Origin: Takakia lepidozioides
Taxonomy: Eukaryota; Plantae; Bryophyta
Reading direction: 5' to 3'
Assembly: GCA_030704615.1 (NCBI GenBank)
Contig: CM060733.1
Span: 61,628,001 to 61,692,000, forward strand
DNA: 64,000 bases
A model generated the notes under the pieces. It saw only the letters and a program-made list of their open reading frames with translations. It was not told the DNA's origin and made no database searches. Position 1 is the first letter of the stretch. Each line of letters opens with the position of its first letter. The position numbers and the translations under genes were made by a program. Positions 24,669-36,739 of the stretch are shown piece by piece.

Positions 24669-26761
24669 GGTAGCCACTCTGCAAGCCTTAGCAGCTTTTC
24701 TTAGGTTATTTTTCTTGCTTTCCACGGCATTTTCAGGGCTAAATGAGAAACTGAGAAGAAAAATGCACAACAGGGCTCAGTGCGGCCAGAAGGTGAAGAC
24801 ATCCTGTGCATTGGCCTGTGGGTCCGGTGTTCAAACCCCTGTGTGTGTGCTGTCCCTCTCTGCCTTCAGGCTTGGGCTCATCAACGCCCAGTTCACTTGG
24901 GCTGGTGTTTCCTTGGAAACAAAAGAAAAAAGAAGAAAACTTTCAATAAAACCAAATTCTTCTTTTCACTACTATCCCTGCATAGTTACTGGTTCACTAG
25001 TGCTATGTGATAATGTTAGAAAAGTCAGGAGAAATTTCCATCCCTTTGATGTAAAAGTCAGGGAGGTTCGCAAGCGTTTGCCAAAGTGATGCCCTACTGA
25101 GAAAAGCATGGAAAAGTGGTGCTGTGGTGTCACTCTATTTTTCAATACTCAGAGAAATTTGATTTGAATCCAACATAGCCCCTACTAGTAGGGCACTTTA
25201 AACTGGGCAAGCAATCTTTTTCATGTGTGGTAATTAACAGCAACTGAACAAAAACACATGGCACCCTCTCAAGTCTCAATTGGTAATAACAGTTAACCGT
25301 TATGATGCTGCCATCCGCTTTCCAATCCCCCTGTAGTCAACATTGCCGTCCAGTTTGCATGTCAGTTTATGCTACATCTTGATTAATGGCGAGAGTGTAC
25401 GAATGTGGTGATAGCGTGTGACAAGATGTTGAAGTTGCAAGTGCTTCATTTAGAGGGAGCAATACTTAACCAGTAACCAGTTAACGGTTTTTCAGACCAG
25501 GCCTACTCCGAACTTTGTGCAACCCGAGTGTATAGCTGTGTGCGTTTAGTATGCTATTGTCAGTAGTATAATCAATCCCCGAGCTTCATGTCATATGTAT
25601 CACAGCAAGTTTGCCATCAAGACCTCATGTCATCGTATTACGGAGTGTCAGAATCAATCATCCCCCAATAACTTCATGCCATCTTGACATGCAGGTTTTT
25701 CAGAAGAGGCCTTGATCATTGTGCACCAAGTTGGTCAGGAGCCTCAAAGTGTAATTTCCATTATATCGGAATCAATCCCAACTTCGCAGAGACTTCAGGA
25801 GAAGGCTTCATTGTGCAATATGGGTACCCCAGTCCAAGTTGACATTCCATAACAATGCCAAGAGTCCTGTGACTTGTATTTCCACCTGATACTTGGAAGG
25901 ATTCCATTCTTGTGATACTACCAGACACGACCTTAGTAGTTATAATAGAACATGATGTACTACTCCTCTAATTAACTAGACATATTGTCAGACTCCTCGA
26001 GTAACTGGATTCAAGTTAAATTCAAGGGCACTAATACGGATACTCTCATGTCATACACTAGAGACATCATAGGATTGTGCTCTTAGCATACCAATCACAG
26101 CAGAAGGATCAGGGCTTATCCCATAAATCCATCACAGCCAAAGGAAAAATGTGGAAAAAATCTCTCCTTTTCTCTGATATGAGGCCCTCTCTTACATGTA
26201 GCACGTGTGGTATCTTCTGGATAAGACTGGAAGATTGCCTGTTGTGACTCGTGAGTATCAATCCCTCTTGAGTGCTCAGTTCCAAAGCTTTGTGTTTAGC
26301 TGTTTGAACGTTTTAGTGTCGTCTCAAAGCTCCTGTCGCAAGCTCCTGTCGCAATACGATGCTGCACAAGAGATATGCTGATTTTCAGACGTTTCGATTG
26401 ACAAATTAACACTGGTTACCTTTTCCATATCAAATGTCTCACCAACACTTCAAAGGGATCATGCCGTACATTGATAATATTGTGCACTTCTTAAAGCTAG
26501 AAGTCCTGTGAAACCAATACTGGCTAGTTCTCATTCACGGCAGAGGCTCATGTATTTTGCACGTGCTTATTAGTTAGAATGATCGGCTAGAATGTCATGT
26601 AAGTTCCCCCCCAGGAGGCTAATGCCTTCTAGTTCTTCTAGGACTAGCAGTATAAGTTGTCAGTCTCAAGGGCGGTCGACAGTCTTATTGGGATTGATGA
26701 TGTGGACACATTTTGTCAGGCAGAGACAATGGCTAGAATAGCATGCAAGTTTGCGGGGCCT

Positions 26762-27170
26762 TCATTCTGCAACACGTGGACCTTGGGGTTTCGGAGCCCG
26801 AGAGTTTGAGCTGGTCACAGTGTGAACACAAATACAGCCATGTCGTAAATCTAGCTGGTTTGAGTCTATCAATCCATGAGCTCACTCAGAGGTTTTGATT
26901 TGACATGCAAGATATATAGCATGGCGGTATCAATTCGTTTGTCTGTTCTCAGATGGTCAACTAGATCTACTGAGGATTTACGACATGGCTGTATTTGTGT
27001 TCACACTGTGACCAGCTCAAACTCTCGGGCTCCGAAACCCCAAGGTCCACGTGTTGCAGAATGACAAACATCTTGAACAGACAAACGAGTTGATACCACC
27101 GTGCTATATATCTTACATGTCAAATCAAAACCTCGGAGTGAGCTCATGGATTGATAGACTCAAACCAGCT
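26762..27170. repeat. Interleaved double inverted repeat P-Q-P'-Q'
   Basis: P 26762-26851 is the perfect reverse complement of 26975-27064 (90 bp). Q 26853-26955 is the reverse complement of 27069-27170 with a few mismatches. Confidence 0.9.
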
Positions 27171-28926
27171 TGAGACACAAACGGCGTTGTCCGTATCCTC
27201 TGTCCAAATCTTTGGCCGTGCAATCTCAATGTCGACAAACAAATACGGCCGAGTCATATGTCAATTTCAAGACCTCCAGTAGCAAACACATGATGGAATG
27301 TGTGTTGACAGACTCAAATAGAGTGTGCAGACATGGGCCTTCTTACCGGGCCTCCGAGTCAAGCCTTAGAAACAACAGAGTCTTACATCACGCTAATTCT
27401 GAGCATGTCCAAAACATGGAACACAAAGGGGGCCTCGCACACTTCAAAACGAGTTTCTCTTATATGCAGCATGTGGGCCTTCTTGTCAATTGCTAAAACT
27501 TCTATTATAACCCCTGGGAATGTAATATATGGTCTGGCTTGGTCCATTCATTGCAATCTGGCTTCCTGCAACACTTGATTATGGTCATGAAACACCTGAT
27601 GGAGAACTCATTATTCTCTTGAAAATGAGGGAAAATTCTTCTGATTCACAAACTAACATTGTTAAGTGGTGGAGTGAGTCAATGCAAGAAGGATGGAAGG
27701 CTCATGCCTAAGCAAACCACTTATGGTGTCAATTCACCCCGAAGCTGGATAAGTCGATGCAATTTCAAAAAGGGAAGGAGAGCCGTCTTGTACTAGAGGA
27801 AGTTAGTGGAGTCTGATGAAAATTACGTAGACAAGAAGGAGACTTGCGTTACAGGGACTGCTATGCAGTTTGAGCCAGAACCACTTGGCTCCTCTGGCAT
27901 CCTCCCTATACCTAGAATTTTGAGAGAGAAGTCTTTGGGACAGATGTGGACTTGGTGCTAAGATTTTCACTCGAAGCTGCTGTTGCAAACTGGCAGATAC
28001 CCATCCTCACAACAAATTTATGTAATCTTAGCAGCCTGAGTTTGTAAGTTTGTAAGAGTCTTCTGATCTGTATCCATGAGTGACAATTGAGCCAAAATGA
28101 GGCTGTAACAAGTGAACAGATATTATCTGTGACTCCGGTAGCTCACTCCGGTAGTGTAACTGACCTCGGTGTAACACAGTAATGACAGCATTGCGGATTT
28201 CAATAACGAATACAACTGCATAGCCACCTCTCACAGGTAAGGTATCATCATAGACTATAGGTGAGTCAGTTCTACTCTTCCTATACCACAGTTTGAAGGA
28301 AAAACTGCACCATATCGTCATTCCAAAATTGACAAACTGAAGATTGCAACTTCATCACATGTTCTTATGAGCTAGTGATGTTCAGGCCCCTTCAGTGACT
28401 AATTCAACTGTTAAGTCCTTCCTCATTTGCGCTTGCAGTATGAGATACTGTTCAGGCATGAATCTTCTCTGGAATAGCCTGGCACATGGCACCTACCACA
28501 TGGTTTTACTCCGCATGCGAGTACACAGAAGATTTTTGGCAAGATGGCAGCTCTAAAATGGAAAATACATCCTACTCTTGCCCTCCATTCTAAGTAGGTG
28601 GATACACCGGGTTCGGTGAAGCAATCATTTTTTAGGCAACCATAACCAAGGTGGGTACATCAACAAGTCACTGCCATTGTAGTGCTTTCATCAGCTTTCA
28701 TCCACCACCCTGCTTTGTTGGTTTCTTTTTTGGAGGGGGAGCACACTATCCACCACAATCCACTTGGAAAAAGGGCAGTACACGCTTGTGGAAGGAGACG
28801 GAGAGCACTGTCTACAACTTGGTAATTCTGCTGCATCTTCGTTTTTCATGTCTAGACCAGCTCTAGACAGGTGAAAAATGTCTCAGCAGTTGCTGTTCAA
28901 GAAAATACTCCATACTAAGAAGTTCC

Positions 28927-29017
28927 TGGGCCTGACCTGCCTTCATAAACTGGTATTTCACCCTCTTTGGCATATCTGCCCGGTCTTTGCTGGAGTTATC
29001 GAATTAACTTGTCAAAC
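28927..29017 (-). pseudogene. Tandem duplicate of the last CCT exon of the CONSTANS-like gene
   Basis: Same TTGCAACAG acceptor. Reads FDKLIR*, then out of frame KDRADMPKRVKYQFMKAGQA. Confidence 0.8.
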
Positions 29018-29039
29018 CTGTTGCAAGAGTCACCAGCAC

Positions 29040-32000
29040 TTAAAAGCTCCTTGTGGCACCAAGGGGGTCATAGTCATAGGCTTGGCCTGCCTTCACAAAC
29101 CGACCTTTTACCCTCTTCCGAATATCTGCTCGGGCTTTGCGGGATTCGTATCGAATTCGCTTATCAAACCTGTTGCAACAGTCAGTAGGTGAATAGGTCT
29201 ATGGTAACTGTGCCAGTGTGCATGCTACATTAGTCAGTTCCACAATGTCAAGACCCATGACCTGTATGATGCCATACAGCATAGAAGACTAATATTACTT
29301 GGTAAACAATACTAAATGCATACTAAATACGTGCCTGGTCGGTAAGAGGATGCCATTCGACCTAGAAGACTGAGAATACAGACAAACACCAGAGTCTATC
29401 TACTGACAGCACGCTTCTCAAGTAAGATCAAATTACCTACAGCTACAATACCTTAAACGTGTTGACTAACATGGTTAGACTGACAACTACTAAGCTCTTG
29501 TATTGAGATGCTGCATGAAAATCTTCCGGAACCAGGAGAAAATGGGACTACAGCGTGTGAATACTACTACCAAGAGATCCATAGAAATCCAGAGACTTTG
29601 AGTGAACACTTTTGAGACATCGAGGAGAAGATTGAAAAAATATGAATTGAGTCGTTACGTACTTGCGCGTCTTTTTCTTCTCCTTGTAACGAAGCATTGC
29701 AGAATCCCTCGCTTGGGCAAGAGCTTCACAGTCAGGGCTAGTTGGGCCCCATGAAGGCTCCCCACTCAGAAACATGGACGATGCACTGCAATCATGGTAG
29801 TCATTGCTATCTCCACTCCTTCCTGAAAGTGACACTGATAAGCTTGAGCCAGTTGGCCTAGACATAAACTGGAAGCCCATGCTGGCCACTTTGCTAGGTA
29901 CGACAACACTCCCTGAACTTATTCCTGAAGGTTGAGGTGGCCGGGGCCCTGGTCCTGCAGGTCTAACAACATCAATCTGCAACTTGGGAGTGCCATTGCT
30001 CATGCCAACAGTTGCACGCACCTGCAGATGAGTTCAACATCCCACCATTGGACTTTGTACCAGTATCTCAGAATATGAAACCATGCAGCGTTCTTCCAAG
30101 GCTATTTACAAGGGCTGCATATGCATAAGAGCCCCACAGTCTTGAAAAATCAAGCTCCCACCTACTCAGGACTCTGGAGAGACTGTATTTATTGGACATG
30201 TGCTTGGAAGCATTACGATGTACCATTGAGGTACAGCTACCCCACGCCATAAACCTTCTAATGCCAGTAAATGCCCAGCATTGCCACAATCTTGTACACA
30301 GTCAACAACAATCGGGGTACAGACACTTGGATATTGATTAAGCCCCTGATATCCTCAAGTTAGAACCATCATGTGATCCCAGAATTCCTCCTTCAACCCC
30401 CTTACAGGTGGGCTACATATGATTGAAATTACAATGTTAAAAGGGCCGATGTGGGGAGGGAGAGAGAGATGATGATATGTTTACTGGACATTGCTTGCTT
30501 ATAAAACTTCACCAAACAATGTGTGAACTTGTAACAGGGTAAGAGTGGTGGAATGTACACCAGTTGATTCAAACAGCTCTGCCTCAGGGATGCTTTGCAT
30601 GTGACCACATTCATCATCAGCAGATCTGTCTCCCACGGAAGAGCATGCAGCCCCTATGTTGTCAAATGATGAGGCTGAGGGAGCTTGAGTACTAGAAAAG
30701 ATATCTTCATAGTTGTCAAATGTAAGATCAACATCTGCCATACTGAAGCCCTCACATGGATCACTGTCTTCTCCTTCACAAATCCCAAGATCCTGCATGT
30801 TTTGACCCCATAGCTGCCACCCAAAACAGGAAAAGTTTAAATTCAAGTTCAAGGAAACATGGAAGGTAATACTTCTTGACACAACACACGAGCCCTGGAG
30901 AGACTTCCAGAAGTTCAGAAAACTCCACCTGAAAATGCAAAGCAATTGCTTCAAACAAACATATCTTATTCTCAAATTATCATTTACCACTGTCAGATGC
31001 AAAAGACATTGACAAGTTTTGCAACCTGACTGCCTTGGATCACTGCGCTACAACGCCAGTACGTATCCCCTCCTCGAGAGAGACCATCATTTCCACCCTC
31101 AGACTTGAGCTGCTGGGTCTCTGGTGTTACAAGAGAGCCTGAAACAGCCATCTGCTGCAGATCCTGTGAAGACAGCTCGTCCGGGTGTACATGATTGGGA
31201 GACAACTGTGGCTGCGTCTGCGGCTGCAGCTGCTGCTGAGATGGTAGCCTCCGAGGCTCAGATGGAGACTGGAAGGAGTGTGAAATCTGCTTGGGTAATT
31301 GGGGTGACATCATCCCTTGCATCTGCACGTGCAGGGTGGACTGAACTGGATCTTGGTGTTGCAGCGTCTGGAGCTGCTGCACAATGGCCCGCGTAGACTG
31401 CTGCTTGCTTTTCTTCCCTACATTCACCTGCTGCAGTCCCAGAAAAGAGGTGCCCATGACTCTGTCAACAACTGATGACACCCATTTCTGGCAATGTCAG
31501 AGAAGATTACATTACATTGCATTGCATTGCTGCTATAAAAACCATCATCAACAGAAGTCAAATGAACAAGAGGCGACTTACTGGGAACAGACACTTTACA
31601 CAAAATACAGAGACCTCATTTCATAGGATACAACAATGTAAAGATCAAGTCAGTTGCCATTTTCCACAGTATACTTCATGTTACTGTGGCATGGTATTAA
31701 ACCACAATGAATTCTCAAGATTCTTTAACTTGCCTTCACTTAACACCCTTGATGACGGACTGATCCCGTGTCTCCATTATAAGTGACAAAGGCTACATAT
31801 ACGATTACCTTTGCAAAAACTGAAGTTCCAACACCAGGTGTGGCTGGATTCAATGCCAGCTCCGCAGCTGGTGCTCGCATATCTGCGACAAATTGAAACC
31901 TTTGAGGGGCAGAGGCCCAATTGTTTGTGGAACTGGGCCCTACACTTGTCTGAGGCCCCGCATCTGGCTGCGGTGATGGATATGTGCCAGTGTTTCCAAC

Positions 32001-32426
32001 CCACTGATTGTTGCACCCATCTCTTGCATGCATGCCAGAAAAGGTAAGAGTGCCTCTCGAGGAACCAGAGCCAGGGGTTGCTCTGGTCTCACTCAAATCA
32101 CAGGCCCAGAGGCAGGCAAGCTCAGCAGCAGATGGACAACCTGTGAAGCACTCAAACGAGTGGCGCTTATGCTGAGATGCCACAGGGGAACTTCCATGAG
32201 TTTCCCAATCACAACTTTGACAAAATGAGGTATTATGAGCAGAGCAGCGCACTGTTGCAGGCCGTAGGTTACATCCATCGCACAGAAGAGTTCGAAGATG
32301 ACGCTGGGAGAGCGCATTTGCTGCATGCACATGACGGTCACAAGACAGACATAGACGGGCTGAATCTGCTCTGCAATAGACTGTGGCGCGTCCCTCCCCA
32401 CAGAAATCACATCCTGCTTCCATCAT
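29040..32426 (-). CDS. COL: CONSTANS-like B-box protein (two B-boxes plus CCT; COL9/10-type)
   Basis: Exons about 32426-31809, 31487-31026, 30813-~30550 (donor uncertain), 30021-29663 and 29169-29040. Motifs CDFC...[48 protein letters not shown] and [17 protein letters not shown]|[26 protein letters not shown]...YDYDPL. Confidence 0.95.
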
Positions 32427-34203
32427 ACAAGATTAACTCCAGCCTAGTGCTCTCACAACCTAGCTTTGCCTCAAAGCTGCTGTTGTTTGAGCTTCCAAAC
32501 ACCTGCTTACCCACTATTCCAGGCAAGTCTGTTCTACTACTTCAAAACCACCCATGCGCCTCCTCGTCGCATGCCTTCGACTGCCGGACGCTGCAGTCTT
32601 TCATCCTCGCTCGGCTCACTCCTGTCACCTCGCAGTTGCCTACCGAAAGTAACATTCCTGGCAACCGTTCTAATTCAGTAGTACTCCAACATTATTACCT
32701 GGTCCACTGGCAGCAATCTATCAAAACCTAGTAGACTAGACTTGTCTAAACTAGAAGCACCCAGAAGATAGAGTCGAGGATGACGACCTTGGCGAGACGT
32801 TATGTACCTGCATCGAAGCGCTTTATTAAATGGTTATGCAGGAGAGGAACGGTATAACAAAAACTCTGCTAACGTACCTCAGCGCATCCTACAGTTACGT
32901 TGAGCCAGGAGCCCTACCGTTAATTGCCCAGTACCTTGTTATCCTTCCACACAGAGCAAGCCTCTTCCAATACTACACCTCAAATACTCACGTGACCTGT
33001 TACACAAGCACAAGCAGTCTGGTCCAGTCTTTAGAACTATATTAGCTTCCATGTGAATCCCAGTTTGAATCAAACATTCAGACTCCTCATAATCACTCCA
33101 TCGGAACAGAAAAACTGGGGTTCGATGGCAAAGTCCTTCCAGCTAAGTCCTCAAGGCGAAAAAGCGCAATTTTTTGCGTTTCCCCAACAGCTGAGTGCTT
33201 GGTTTCATATATAACTTGCAAATAAGCTTACAGTATTTGGTCAGTAATCTTCCATCCAAGGGCTACAGCACTTAATGCGTAGTAAACAGTGGACAGCTCG
33301 CCAATCAATGTTTTGAAGGTGGCTAACTACTGAAGGATAGACATCCAAAGCCCTGCACAGTAGCACGTCACAGTTGTCACATCTTGGTAATTACTAAGGG
33401 AAGCTTGAGGCTCTTTAAATGAAAAGCGCTGAAACTAAGTCTCATAGTAGAAAGAAATTTTTTCGAGCCATAAGCTGTTCTCAGAACCTTCCCCTAACAT
33501 AACTACATTATCAAAGGGCAGGCCTCTCAAAACCGCCTCCCTGTCCCCTCACATCACAACATAGTAGAAGGACGCTCAAAAAAATGCCTCTGAAAAAGAT
33601 CCGAGGGCCAAAGACGGCATGCTTTCAACTATCCTTACCTACACCAAATGCAGGGTACAACAGCTGCACCTAAGTAGGTATATGGACCAAAAGCCGAAGT
33701 GTTGTTGGCAGCTACGGCACACGCACAAGCTCCCGGGGTGAGGCAGCATCCAGCAGCTGGATGAGATTGAGAATGCGATGGAGGAGCGAGAGCGCAGAGC
33801 GAGGCAGCGATGGAGAGACGCAGAGCAGCGAGGCAGCGAGCGAGACAGAGAGCAAGAGTCCGTCGCTCTACTCTCAAAAGCAAAAAGTGCAACCTCGCAC
33901 GCGCTAAAGCGAAACCCTGCGGATGAACGATTTCCATCCTTATTGTATTCTCATTCATCTATTATGTAAGATTATTTTTGTTATCATTCGACAATTAACT
34001 AATTGGTTTTTCCTAAATGAATTTATGTTTCTAGAGGCAAGAACATTGGCTTAACCATCGCAGTGATGGATGGCGTTTGGATGAAACATGGCCAATAGAA
34101 GTTCTTTCATTTATCTTTTTTTTTTTTTCACGGAAATCCTCGAAATTAAATTAAGGAAAAAATAACCTCTACGGAGCCCCGAAGGCTTAAAAGAGAGGGA
34201 GGG

Positions 34204-34980
34204 ACTGCAACTCTGTAGGCTATGCCTGTGCCGACCTTTTGCTCTTAACATGGGGTCATCCACAATCCCTCCACAATCCCAACATGTTACACCCGACTGT
34301 TGTTGGCTTGAGAATGAAGGAAGAGACCTTTGCATTTGAGATCCTCTCTGACCTTCCCTGGGCTTTATCTAAGTCCCTTGAGTACGTTGGGGGGTTTGTT
34401 GTTGTTGGCTAGGAGCCTCACTTCATTGTGCCTCCTTGCCAAACCCCACCATGACCACTCGTTCCTCTACCATATGAGCTCTATTCGCTCTACCAGCAAA
34501 AAAAACACATTTGTTAACAATGGTAAGGAAATAGCTTGCACTTGCGGCGTGAATCTCTCAGAGTTTGAATCAACCTTCCTCAGAAGACACAAAAGGTGAA
34601 GGTGGCCTGAAGTGCCGCACACCTCGTCTCGTGTACCCACTAGTATCGCTAGTGCTCGTACTGGCACTTCCCTCAGCAACTAGTGACACCTCTGTGATGA
34701 AAAACTCACAACCCAACCAGCTGTCAACCTGTCTCTAATCCCTCTTTCCATAGAATCTGTTGTGGCTTATGGTTTGGAATACTAGGTTTCTAGCATAGGC
34801 CTGCACCTGCATCCACCGCAGGCACTCCTATGGTCTGTTCGTCATCAACCCTAGCCTCACCATAGGAGAAACACCGGTGGTCTGCTGGTCATTAGCCTCA
34901 CCACTGACAACACGGACCTAAGATTGACCGGTGATCAAAATTCGGACCAACTAAACTATAGAAACAAACGTCAAATTGAT
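34204..34980 (-). mobile_element. Second, internally deleted fragment of the same DNMT-gypsy family (leader plus gag pieces)
   Basis: The reverse complement matches 16240-16500 (GATCACCGGTCAATCTTAG, GCGGTGGATGCAG) and 17020-17340 (NVFLL.E.IEL, MQRSLPSFS.QQQ.GVTCWDC). Confidence 0.85.
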
Positions 34981-36739
34981 GTGAAAAATTAGGGACAACT
35001 CTGATAAAAGAACGAAACAGGCCAATATGTCTTGAAGAAGTAGGTACCCTCACCACATTGACATGAAGGCAGCTAGCTTTTCTTTCACCCAAGGAGGATT
35101 CAACCAACCATCAACCCAAAATATCTCTTATGTCCGCTGCTTGTGTCTGTAGTAGGGTGATCTTGGCTTGGTCTATGAGAACTCTTGGGTGCAACTACAT
35201 TTCAACAGAGCCTCCTAAGACCAAGCGGACCTTCCCAAGTAGTGAAGAGCCCACTTTTGCACAAACTTCATCACATTGTACATTAAGAAAGCCACACCTT
35301 GCCATTGTGTCCCACCATTGTAGGATCTTTCAAAAACTCATGCCGCAGAACTTTGTGCCCAAAACACCCATCAACAGTTTGACAGGTTCATTTGTGGAGT
35401 AGCTTTCAATAACATTCATACAAGTCATCGTGGCTCCATTTGGACTTTACACGATGGGGAACACACTAACATCCCCAACCTTATACAGATTCTAAACAAG
35501 CTTGTGCATGACAAGGCTGCCCCTCTAATCAGGTCATTGTGAATCATACTCACTTTCATCTGCAAGCTTTGAAGGAGCTCCACCATCTACACCAGAACGA
35601 GAACCGCACTATCATATGTTTGCACCATCAGCAGACTGTTCTTGACCTTGTGGCTTGGCAATTAGTTTTCCTTTATGCAGATTGCGAGCGCAGGAGAAGG
35701 CAGGAAGACACTGCCATCTCCGCCACTTAAGCCTTGTTCCTCCTTGTATCCTTGCCTGATCGTGTGTATGTAGCGGAGAAGGGACAGTGAGGGGCAGAGC
35801 AGAGAGTCTGATACATAGGTTGTCCACGTCCGTGTGGTCATAGAAAGTAAGATTGAAGATAGAAAATGAGAATTGAGGAAAGAAATACAGGATTTTGGGG
35901 CACATTAACTTTCCGACCAGATCCTCACGTGATTAAAAACTTACATAAGTTTTCTGATCAGACAGGCGTCATAATATAATCTGAACTGGAAAAGTGTGCC
36001 ACCCATAAAAAAACCCCTGTAATGAGGTCCTTTCTATTTGTTGTCAATCATTTCACTTATGCAAATTAGCGACTGGCGAGTAAGAAGTAAGAAGCACCAC
36101 ACTGCATACAACTCCTTTCCTCCTATTCTCAAGGCAGACCAAGATTTGGATGAGGAATGCCTCCAAGAATGTTCACCGTGGCAAGGACTCTGCTCTCAGC
36201 TTTGATTCAATTCTAGTTGTGTCACCAAGTTAGATCATGTAATCTGCAACGCATAGAAGCTTCCACCACTGAAGAATCATGTGAGAAAATGCAAAACGAA
36301 GTGACACGCACTGTAGAGAAATCTCACACTAATGAAGAACAGATCACAACGTCAGGTTAATCTCCACTGGAGAACAGTGGTCCCTTGAATTTGATGTACA
36401 ACGAAGAAAAAAAACTAAGTCTGCATAAAAAGTCAACCGCAAGCATGGACAGACATACGCTACAACTGCCACTGTCCAAATCAAGCTGTGACATTCCCTT
36501 AAAGAGTCCAATGATGGGCGCTCTCGTATGTACATATATGATCTGGCTCAACTAGGCCACTCTCAACCACAAACAAAATTAATCATGAGGCTAGAAGCTT
36601 CACAAGGTCAGACCCACACACAATACCTTGAATGGACTGGCTTTAGGACAAATCCTGCCCGTTACTACCCTCCCACAAGGTTTGTTGATTTTTGCATGGC
36701 AAATGACAGCTCTCACAGGCACTGGTAAATGGAAGTGAA

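Noticed and set aside
31124-32731. Plus-strand ORFs overlapping the COL gene, and similar shadow ORFs elsewhere
   Set aside because: Antisense shadows of real coding exons.
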